DNA of 48,412 bases, from contig JBKPQP010000141.1 in NCBI GenBank assembly GCA_046734155.1, forward strand, positions 1-48,412, written 5' to 3'. The notes under the pieces are model-generated. The model saw only the letters and a program-made list of their open reading frames with translations, did not search any database and was not told the origin of the DNA. The translations under genes and the position numbers were made by a program. The DNA is from Actinomycetota bacterium. Its GTDB lineage: Bacteria > Actinomycetota > Thermoleophilia > Gaiellales > Gaiellaceae. Shown piece after piece: positions 33,551 to 40,273 of this stretch; positions within the stretch are counted from its first letter, which is position 1; every line of letters begins with the position of its first letter.

Positions 33551-34471
33551 ATGCCGCTCGATGTCGGGATCGTCGGCCTGGCCGGAGCCGGGAAGACGAC
33601 GCTGTTCACGGCCTTGACCGGGGTTTCGCAGACCGCGTACGGCCAGGAACACGTGGGTGTCGCTCCCATTCCGGACGAGCGGCTGGAGCCGATCGCCGAG
33701 GTCGAAGGGTCCGCCAAGACGACGCCGGCCACGGTCAAGCTCGTCGATCCGCCGGGGCTGAGCGCGGCCGTCCTCGGGGAGCTGCGGAAGGCCGACGCGC
33801 TGCTCGCCGTCCTGCGCGGCTTCGGCCCGGACGCGGATCCCGCGCACGATCTCGAGACGATCGGCCTCGAGCTCGTCGTCGCCGATCGCGACCACGTCGA
33901 GAAGAGGCTCGAGCGCGTGCGGACGATGGCGAAGGGCGGTGACCCGCGGATCCGCGACGAGGTGGCCGAGCTGGAGCGCATCCTGGCGCACGTCGAGGCC
34001 GGCGGCCCCCTCAGCGCCTACGAGCGCGAGTTGCCGGCGGAGCTCGAGCCGCTGACGGCGAAGCCGGTCGTGCAGATCGTCAACGGCGACGGCGGCATCG
34101 ACCTGAAACTGGAGGCCGAGATCGCCGAGCTCTCACCCGAGGAGGCGGCAGACTTCCGCGACGGGCCCGGCGGCTTCGAGCAGGTGCTGTCGAACCTGTT
34201 CGAGACGGCGGGCCTGCTCACGTTCTTCACCGGCGGCGAGAAGGAGACCCGCGCTTGGACGCTCGGGCAGGGCCACACCGCGCTCGATGCGGCGGCGACG
34301 ATCCACACCGACATCGCGCGCGGGTTCATCCGCTGCGAGGTGATCGCGTGGCGCGACCTCGTGGAGGCGGGGAGCCGCGCCGAGGCCGCCCGCCGCGGCC
34401 GACAGCGGTTGGAGGGAAAGGACTACGTCGTCGCCGACGGAGACATCCTCAACATCCGCTTCAACGTCTAG
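33551..34471 (+). CDS. YchF/Obg-like P-loop NTPase with C-terminal TGS-like domain (short form)
   Basis: P-loop GIVGLAGAGKTTLF. KLVDPPG (G3-like). DLETIGLELVVADRDHVEKRLERV. C-terminal DIARGFIRCEVIAWRDL...LEGKDYVVADGDILNIRFNV. 306 aa, against about 360 for canonical YchF. Confidence 0.7.
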   Translation: MPLDVGIVGLAGAGKTTLFTALTGVSQTAYGQEHVGVAPIPDERLEPIAEVEGSAKTTPATVKLVDPPGLSAAVLGELRKADALLAVLRGFGPDADPAHDLETIGLELVVADRDHVEKRLERVRTMAKGGDPRIRDEVAELERILAHVEAGGPLSAYERELPAELEPLTAKPVVQIVNGDGGIDLKLEAEIAELSPEEAADFRDGPGGFEQVLSNLFETAGLLTFFTGGEKETRAWTLGQGHTALDAAATIHTDIARGFIRCEVIAWRDLVEAGSRAEAARRGRQRLEGKDYVVADGDILNIRFNV

Positions 34472-34476
34472 ACGGG

Positions 34477-34527
34477 CTAGCCGCAGTCGCAGTCCGGGCC
34501 GCACTCGCAGTCGCAGTTGCAACTCAT
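34477..34527 (-). CDS. Unannotated 16-codon Cys-rich ORF, candidate minimal metallothionein-like peptide
   Basis: On the minus strand: GGAAGGAGG (complement of 34534-34542), a 6-nt spacer, ATG (34527), then codons for MSCNCDCECGPDCDCG and TAG (34479-34477). Six Cys in C-x-C spacing. Divergent from arsR. Too short for the ORF track. Confidence 0.55.
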   Translation of the reverse strand: MSCNCDCECGPDCDCG

Positions 34528-34556
34528 TGCGCGCCTCCTTCCATCGATGATTGTCG

Positions 34557-34578
34557 ATGTAACGTCTAGCTGTTACAT
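34557..34578. promoter_or_regulatory. Candidate ArsR/SmtB operator: inverted repeat ATGTAAC-N8-GTTACAT
   Basis: Perfect 7-bp arms (34557-34563 and 34572-34578) around GTCTAGCT. It sits in the AT-rich 63-bp gap between the mini-ORF ATG (34527) and the arsR ATG (34591). It overlaps a TACATT -10-like hexamer (34574-34579). Confidence 0.5.
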
Positions 34579-34590
34579 TGAAGTTTGTCA

Positions 34591-34962
34591 ATGAAGAAGC
34601 TCGCGACGATCACTTGCTGCGCGCCCGGCGCTCCGCCGCTGAAGCCGAAGGAGTTCGAGAGCCTCTCGGCGAGCTTCAAGGCGCTCGGCGACCCCACACG
34701 GCTCGCGATCGTCAACCGCCTGGCGAACCGGGACGCCGCATGCGTCTGCGAGTTCGATTCGCTGGGCCTCTCCCAGCCAACGATCTCGCACCACCTGAAG
34801 GTGCTGCGCGAGGCCGGCCTGATCGAGGTCGCCTACAAGCGGCGTACGTTTTCGTTCTACCGCTTGGTACCAGAGGCCGTGGAGGCGCTCGCCTTCGCGC
34901 TCGGCGGCGCGCCTCAGCCGGAGCTCGTGCTCGCGACCGCGGAGGGCACGGTTGCCCGCTGA
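34591..34962 (+). CDS. arsR: ArsR/SmtB-family metalloregulatory repressor
   Basis: ALGDPTRLAIVNRL, metal-site helix AACVCEF, recognition helix LSQPTISHHLKVLREAGLI, plus an N-terminal Cys pair (ITCCAPG). Start taken at ATG 34591; the track lists TTG 34585. Confidence 0.85.
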   Translation: MKKLATITCCAPGAPPLKPKEFESLSASFKALGDPTRLAIVNRLANRDAACVCEFDSLGLSQPTISHHLKVLREAGLIEVAYKRRTFSFYRLVPEAVEALAFALGGAPQPELVLATAEGTVAR

Positions 34963-35344
34963 GAAGGTCCTTTTCGTCTGCATCGGGAACGCGGGGCGTT
35001 CGCAGATGGCGCAGGCGTTCGCCGAACGGGCGGGGCTCGAAGCGCGGTCGGCCGGCTCGCATGCGGAGTCGCAGGTCCACCCCGAGGTGGTCGAGGTGAT
35101 GCACGAGCTCGGCATCGACCTCAGCGGACGCGTCCCGCACCAGCTGACGGACGAGGACGCCGAGTGGGCCGACCTCGTCGTGACGATGGGCTGCGGCGAC
35201 GCCTGTCCGGTCCTGCCCGGCAAGCGCTACCTCGACTGGAAGATCCTCGATCCGATGGGACTGCGAGTCGAGATAGTGCGCGAGATACGCGACGAGATCG
35301 CCGGTCTCGTCGACGAGCTCGCTACTCAGGCACCGGCCGCGTAG
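34952..35344 (+). CDS. arsC: Arsenate reductase, low-molecular-weight phosphatase family (thioredoxin-coupled type)
   Basis: P-loop VLFVCIGNAGRSQMAQAF (CX5R-S) and downstream Cys pair TMGCGDACP. The TTG start overlaps the arsR stop by 11 nt. Confidence 0.85.
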   Translation: MPAEKVLFVCIGNAGRSQMAQAFAERAGLEARSAGSHAESQVHPEVVEVMHELGIDLSGRVPHQLTDEDAEWADLVVTMGCGDACPVLPGKRYLDWKILDPMGLRVEIVREIRDEIAGLVDELATQAPAA

Positions 35345-36155
35345 CGGCGACCGCGTCGAGCTGGTTCGCGTGGTAGAGCACTGCGGCCTCGGCGGTGCGA
35401 GCGGCGCGCGCGTCGTGATGCGAGCCGACCGCGTGCAGGAGCTCTGCGCGCACACCGGCCTCGAGCGGCGCCGCGCGTTCCTCGATCATGCGCAGCCCCA
35501 GGTGGACGTGCCCGAGCAGGCGGCCCTCATCGGTCGGTTTGAAGACCGGGCCGCGCGTCAGCTCGCCGGTGCGGCCGACGTCGTGGAGGAGCGCAGCGGC
35601 GAGCAGCAGGTCGGCCCGGAGTCTCGGATGGAGCTGCGCAACCTCACGGCAGATCGTCGCGACCCCGACCGTGTGCTCGAGCAGCCCGCCCGCGTAGCTG
35701 TGGTGGCCGTCGACCGTCGCAGGCAGGGCACGCAGCCGGCCGCGCAGGTCGTCGTCGCCGACGAAGCGCCCGACCGCGGCCTTGAGGCCGGTGTGCGAGA
35801 TCTCGCCGGCGAGGAACTCGAGGAAGCCTTCGAGCTCGTCTCCGTCGCGACGGAGGCTCGGCGCGAGCGACTCCGGATCGAGATCCTCCGCCGGCTCGAG
35901 GGACCGGATCTCGAGCTGGAGCCGGTCGCGGAACCGGTCGACGCGGCCCAGCACCCGCACGGCGTCACCCTCGTCGAAGCGGCCGTCGAGCAGGTCGACG
36001 TCGCTCCAGACGCGCGCCTGGATGCGTCCGCTGGGATCGACGAGCTCGAGAGCGAGGTATGGAGCGCCTGCCCGTGTGCGCAACCGCTCCTTCTTCGCAA
36101 CCGCGTAGACGCCCTCGACGACGCGGTCCTGCTCGAGCTCGGCGATCGCTGACAC
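35322..36155 (-). CDS. OB-fold + HD-domain phosphohydrolase (YhaM-like 3'-5' exoribonuclease family)
   Basis: N-terminal OB fold (VEGVYAVAKKERLRTRAGAPYLALELVDPSGRIQARVW). HD domain (GGLLEHTVGV, AALLHDVGR, HHDARA). Confidence 0.75.
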   Translation of the reverse strand: MSAIAELEQDRVVEGVYAVAKKERLRTRAGAPYLALELVDPSGRIQARVWSDVDLLDGRFDEGDAVRVLGRVDRFRDRLQLEIRSLEPAEDLDPESLAPSLRRDGDELEGFLEFLAGEISHTGLKAAVGRFVGDDDLRGRLRALPATVDGHHSYAGGLLEHTVGVATICREVAQLHPRLRADLLLAAALLHDVGRTGELTRGPVFKPTDEGRLLGHVHLGLRMIEERAAPLEAGVRAELLHAVGSHHDARAARTAEAAVLYHANQLDAVAATRPVPE

Positions 36156-36287
36156 GTCCCGAGTCTAGGTCCGGAAACGGACGTGTTGACCCTGTTCTGA
36201 GAGCGACGTCAGGCTGGCGCGGAGCCCGGCTCCGCCGGGCGGGAGCGGCAGCCGGTCAGGGCGGGGTCGATGGTACGGTGGCGCGCG

Positions 36288-37361
36288 ATGGCGGAGATCA
36301 AGCCGTTTCGGGCGCTTCGCTACGACACGGATCGAGCCGGTCCCCTCGAGGACCTCGTCGCGCCGCCGTACGACGTGATCGGGCCTACGGAGCGTGAGGA
36401 ATACCTCGCCCGCAGTCCGTACAACGTCGTCCACCTGACGCTGCCCGACGACGAAGAGGAGGCGGGCCGCGACCTGCGTTCGTGGCGCGAGAGCGGCGTG
36501 CTCGCGACCGAGGAGCCTGCGTTCTGGGCGCTCTCCCAGGACTACGTCGGCCCGGACGGTGTCGCGCGCACGCGGGCCGGCGCCGTCGTTTCGCTCAAGG
36601 TCGAGCCATACGCGAGTGGGACGGTCATGCCGCACGAGCGGACGCACCGCGGCCCCAAGGAGGGGCGGCTGAGGCTCCTGCGAACGACGCAGACGCAGCT
36701 CGAGCCGATCTTCCTCCTATACGAGGGACAGGCCCCGTTCGAGGTTCCCGAGCGCGAGTCGGAGCTGGAGGTCGAAGGCGCACGGCTCTGGCGGCTCGAG
36801 GACGACGGCATCGCCGACGCGTTCGCCGACCGGCGCCTGCTGATCGCCGACGGCCACCATCGGTACGAGACCGCGCTCGCCTACCACGAGGAGACGGGAA
36901 CTCCGGCGAGCGGGTACATGATGGTTGTCCTCGTCAGCCTCGAGGATCCGGGTCTCACGATCTTTCCCACGCACCGGGTCTTCCGCGAGCCGCCGCCCGA
37001 ACTGCTCGAGGGCGAGCGTCGCGCCGATCCGAAGTCCGCGCTCCAGGAGCTGGAGGAGCTCGAGCGCGGCCGCGCCGCGGTCGTGGTCTACGACGGCCGC
37101 ACGGAGCTGGCGGTCGACGGGGCGGGCGAGCTCGACGTGCAGCTCGTCGACCGCCTCGGACAGGAAGGCCTCAGCTACACCGCGGACTGGCGCGAAGCGG
37201 TCCGTGCTGTCGACGAGGGCGAGGCGGCCGTCGCCGTGCTCATGCGCCCGACCCGCATCGAGGACGTCTTCGAGGTCGCCGCGCGAGGCGAGACGATGCC
37301 GCAGAAGAGCACGTACTTCTATCCAAAGCTCATTTCGGGGCTGCTCTTCCACCCGTTGTGA
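36288..37361 (+). CDS. DUF1015-family protein
   Basis: MAEIKPFRALRYD, LVAPPYDVI, VVHLTLP, MPHERT, IADGHHRYETAL, KSTYFYPKL are family hallmarks. ATG 36288 is preferred over ATG 36270. Confidence 0.8.
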   Translation: MAEIKPFRALRYDTDRAGPLEDLVAPPYDVIGPTEREEYLARSPYNVVHLTLPDDEEEAGRDLRSWRESGVLATEEPAFWALSQDYVGPDGVARTRAGAVVSLKVEPYASGTVMPHERTHRGPKEGRLRLLRTTQTQLEPIFLLYEGQAPFEVPERESELEVEGARLWRLEDDGIADAFADRRLLIADGHHRYETALAYHEETGTPASGYMMVVLVSLEDPGLTIFPTHRVFREPPPELLEGERRADPKSALQELEELERGRAAVVVYDGRTELAVDGAGELDVQLVDRLGQEGLSYTADWREAVRAVDEGEAAVAVLMRPTRIEDVFEVAARGETMPQKSTYFYPKLISGLLFHPL

Positions 37362-38170
37362 GCCCCTGGCTCGAGCTCTGCCGCGCCGCTGTCGGCGACG
37401 TCCGCCAGGTGCTCGACGGCATGCCGAGCCGCAACGAGCGCGAGCCCGTCGTGGGCGCGGGCAAGGGCGGCGACGACACGACTGCCGTCGACGCCGCGGC
37501 CGAGGCAGCGATCCTCACGCGCCTCGAGCGGCTGCACGCCGACGAGGGGATCGACTTCCACCTCGTCTCCGAGGAGCTCGGCGAGCGCACCTACGGCCTG
37601 TCGCCGGCGACCCACGTCGTGGTCGACCCGATCGACGGCTCGCTGAACGCGAAGCGCAACATCCCGTTCTTCTCCGTCTCGATCGCTGTCGCCGAGGGGC
37701 CGACGATGAAGGACGTCGTCTTCGGCTTCGTCCACGACTTCGGGTCCGGCGAGGAGTGGACCGCGACGCGCGGCGAAGGCGCCTGGCTCGACGGCGAGCG
37801 GCTCGGCGCGATTGCGCCGAAGGACAAGATCGAGGTGCTCGCGCTCGAGGCGACGGTCGCGGCGTCGATCGCGGACAAGGCCGTCGCGTTCGCGCCGCTC
37901 GCGCATCGCCTGCGAGTTATGGGCTCGCTTGCGCTCTCGCTCTGCTATCTCGCGGCCGGTCGCGTCGATGCGGTGTGCTCCCTGAAGGAGGCGCGCGCGG
38001 TCGACATCGCGGCTGCGCAGCTCCTGCTGCAGGAGGTCGGACTGCCGATCATCTTCGTCGACGCCGGCCCGTTCGGCGAAGGCCCGCTCGACACCGCGGC
38101 GCGGTCACCCGTTGCGGCCGCGGGGACGCAGGAACTCTGTGAACAGCTGGCCCACATCATCGCCACGTGA
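37358..38170 (+). CDS. Inositol monophosphatase / FBPase-family phosphatase
   Basis: GTG 37358 overlaps the DUF1015 stop (GTGA). DDTTAVDAAAE, VSEELGE, VVDPIDGSLNA (metal-binding DPIDG), VDIAAAQLL. 270 aa, which looks full length. The stop is TGA at 38168-38170. Confidence 0.85.
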   Translation: MSPWLELCRAAVGDVRQVLDGMPSRNEREPVVGAGKGGDDTTAVDAAAEAAILTRLERLHADEGIDFHLVSEELGERTYGLSPATHVVVDPIDGSLNAKRNIPFFSVSIAVAEGPTMKDVVFGFVHDFGSGEEWTATRGEGAWLDGERLGAIAPKDKIEVLALEATVAASIADKAVAFAPLAHRLRVMGSLALSLCYLAAGRVDAVCSLKEARAVDIAAAQLLLQEVGLPIIFVDAGPFGEGPLDTAARSPVAAAGTQELCEQLAHIIAT

Positions 38171-38245
38171 TCTCGGCCCAACGCCCGAACGGTCGGCTCG
38201 CCGCGCAAGGCTTCCACGGGCATCATCCTTTGGCTGCTCTCCTGG

Positions 38246-38449
38246 GTGCCGATTCCGATCATCTTCGGCATCTCCGCGCCGGCGCGCTACGTGGTCTGGG
38301 GCGTGCAGATCCTGATCGGCGTGATCGGGCTCGCCCTCGCCGGGTCTGCGTTCTTCCAGGCCGTGAAGGAGCTCAGGTGGAAGGGAGCACCGGCTGCGCT
38401 GGGCCGGGCCCTGCTCCACGGGGACGAGCAACCGGCGATCCAAGCCTGA
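38246..38449 (+). CDS. Small hydrophobic protein in the same frame as the preceding IMPase; start unresolved
   Basis: Strong GC3 bias in this frame only. YVVWGVQILIGVIGLALAGSAFFQAV is a clear TM segment. The first canonical start (GTG 38246) falls inside an upstream hydrophobic stretch (GIILWLLSWVPIPIIFGI) that lies in the open frame from 38171. Confidence 0.45.
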   Translation: MPIPIIFGISAPARYVVWGVQILIGVIGLALAGSAFFQAVKELRWKGAPAALGRALLHGDEQPAIQA

Positions 38450-38475
38450 AACCGCTTCGTTGCTACGCTCGATGC

Positions 38476-39573
38476 GTGGATCGACCCACGCCGCAGCAGA
38501 TCACCGAGGCCCTCGGCAACGTGATCGACCCCGAGCTGAAGCGGCCCGTCACCGAGCTCGACATGGTCCGAGACGTCCTCGTAGAGGATGGACACGTCGC
38601 GGTGACGATCGCACTCACGGTCGCCGGTTGCCCGCTTCGTGACAGCTTCGAAAACCAGGTGCGCGAGCACGTGCTGCCGTTGCCGGGCGTCGAGTCGGTC
38701 TCGCTGGAGTTCGACGTCATGAGCCCGGACGAGCGCGCCAAGCTGACGCAGCGGCTGCGCGGGGGGGTCACGGGCCGCTCCAAGGGTCTCTCTGTCGATG
38801 CGTCGACGCGTGTGCTCGCGGTCGCGAGCGGCAAAGGCGGGGTCGGGAAGTCGACCCTCTCGGTCAACCTGGCCGCCGCGTTCGAGCGGCTCGGGCAGCG
38901 GACGGGCATCCTCGACGCCGACGTCTACGGGCACTCGATTCCGCTCATGCTCGGCGTCACGCAGCGGCCCGTTGTCGTCGACAAGATGATCGTGCCGCCT
39001 GTGCGGGGCGACCTGAAGTTGATGTCGATCGGCTTCTTCCTCGAGGAGAACGCGCCGGTCATGTGGCGCGGGCCGATGCTGCACCGCGCGCTCGAACAGT
39101 TTCTGTCCGATGTGCACTGGGGCGAACTGGACATGCTGGTGGTCGACATGCCGCCGGGGACGGGCGACGTCTCGATCTCGCTCGGGCAACTGCTTCCGCG
39201 CGCAGAGGTGGTCGTCGTGACCACGCCTCAGCCCGCTGCGCAGCAGGTCGCCGTGCGCGCGGCCCAGATGGCGCAGAAGACCGGCATGCGGCTGATCGGG
39301 GCGCTCGAGAACATGTCGCATCTCGTCGGCACGGGCGAGGAGCTTTTCGGCTCCGGCGGCGGAGAGGCGCTCGCCACGGAGATCGATGCGCCGCTCCTCG
39401 GCCGGATCCCGCTCGACCCGCGGCTCCGGGAGCAAGCCGACCTCGGCGAGCCGCTCGTCTGGGCCGAGCCGGAGAACGAGACCGCGCGTGCGATTTACGA
39501 AGTCGCGGAGGCGATCAGCGAAGCTGCCCGCGAGCCGGGCAGCGTCAAGAAACCGCTGCCGCTCGCGACTTAG
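38476..39573 (+). CDS. mrp: Mrp/ApbC-family Fe-S cluster carrier ATPase with N-terminal DUF59 domain
   Basis: Start at GTG 38476 (VDRPTPQQITEALGNVIDPELKRPVTELDMV is DUF59). Deviant Walker A VASGKGGVGKST. DADVYGHS. MPPGTGD. The upstream 38167-38475 part of the track ORF has poor GC3. Confidence 0.85.
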   Translation: MDRPTPQQITEALGNVIDPELKRPVTELDMVRDVLVEDGHVAVTIALTVAGCPLRDSFENQVREHVLPLPGVESVSLEFDVMSPDERAKLTQRLRGGVTGRSKGLSVDASTRVLAVASGKGGVGKSTLSVNLAAAFERLGQRTGILDADVYGHSIPLMLGVTQRPVVVDKMIVPPVRGDLKLMSIGFFLEENAPVMWRGPMLHRALEQFLSDVHWGELDMLVVDMPPGTGDVSISLGQLLPRAEVVVVTTPQPAAQQVAVRAAQMAQKTGMRLIGALENMSHLVGTGEELFGSGGGEALATEIDAPLLGRIPLDPRLREQADLGEPLVWAEPENETARAIYEVAEAISEAAREPGSVKKPLPLAT

Positions 39574-39575
39574 AA

Positions 39576-39608
39576 ACGCGAAAGGCGCCGGTGCCGGCGC
39601 CTTCGCGT
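39576..39608. terminator. Long GC hairpin between convergent mrp and the secreted-protein gene (possible bidirectional terminator)
   Basis: ACGCGAAAGGCGCCGG-TG-CCGGCGCCTTCGCGT gives about 15 bp with one bulged A. No U-tract on either side. Confidence 0.45.
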
Positions 39609-39625
39609 CGAGAGAGAAGCGGCTT

Positions 39626-40177
39626 CTAGCAGCCGCCGCGGTAGAGCAGAGCGGAGTTGTCGGGCGCGACCGGCGCGTTCGCACCGAGCGCACCGCTCAC
39701 GTTCGTGCCGTTGACCACGGCCGAGAGGTTCCCGAGCAGGCGAGCCCAGTCGGCTCGGACCTGGCCGGTGGCGAGGCCGTCGAGATGGTTGCTGTTGTCG
39801 ATCACGCCGGAGAGCCGTGCCTTCGACCTGGCGCGGCGCCCGTGCCCGGGATGCATCTGAGCCGTCGGCGTTGTCCGCCAGGTCCCCGAGAACCAGCCGT
39901 CGCCGGTGGTCTCGTTCACGACCGTGCGTGTCGTGATGACGAGGTTGCCCGCGAGGCGCGGCTCCGCGCTCGTCGACGTTCCGCGCCAGACCGCGTTCGT
40001 GACCCGGAACGTGTTGCCGCCCTCGGTGCAGGTGCGGCTGTGCGCGCGGGTCTGATCCGCGCTGAAAGCTGCGGAGACGTCCGCCGTCTGCGGATGTGGC
40101 TGAGTGGCCGCCGCGACTCCCACGAGCGCGAACAGGCCGAGCGCAGTGAGCCAGAAGAGGTGTTTCTTACGGCGCAT
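39626..40177 (-). CDS. Secreted hypothetical protein (signal peptide, no recognisable domain)
   Basis: ATG 40177 is preceded by AAAGGGGGA. MRRKKHLFWLTALGLFALVGVAAATQP signal peptide. The mature part is rich in T/N/G/A and ends in ...LLYRGGC. The track ORF from 40390 is an upstream extension. Confidence 0.65.
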   Translation of the reverse strand: MRRKKHLFWLTALGLFALVGVAAATQPHPQTADVSAAFSADQTRAHSRTCTEGGNTFRVTNAVWRGTSTSAEPRLAGNLVITTRTVVNETTGDGWFSGTWRTTPTAQMHPGHGRRARSKARLSGVIDNSNHLDGLATGQVRADWARLLGNLSAVVNGTNVSGALGANAPVAPDNSALLYRGGC

Positions 40178-40185
40178 GCCGATCG

Positions 40186-40212
40186 TTCCCCCTTTCGCTG
40201 CTTGTGGGGGAA
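40186..40212 (-). promoter_or_regulatory. Possible SD-sequestering hairpin in the 5' leader of the secreted-protein gene
   Basis: The minus-strand RNA reads UUCCCCC-N13-GGGGGAA-CGAUCGGC-AUG. The 3' arm (complement of 40186-40192) is the SD itself. Confidence 0.3.
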
Positions 40213-40273
40213 GATCCCGCCTGACCGTGAAGACTTCGAGTGCTCCTCGTAAAGGTTTTGTGAGGAAGAAGGC

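Noticed and set aside
32095-33981. 628-aa minus-strand ORF spanning ftsH 3' end, mce, DUF3107, sigma factor and ychF
   Set aside because: It is a low-complexity Arg/Ser/Pro/Ala-rich translation and runs antisense to five well-supported plus-strand genes. I treat it as a GC artefact.
38167-38475. N-terminal extension of mrp, giving a 468-aa ORF
   Set aside because: This frame has many T-ending codons and a low-complexity translation. The DUF59 domain begins at GTG 38476. A different frame (38171-38449) carries the coding signal here.
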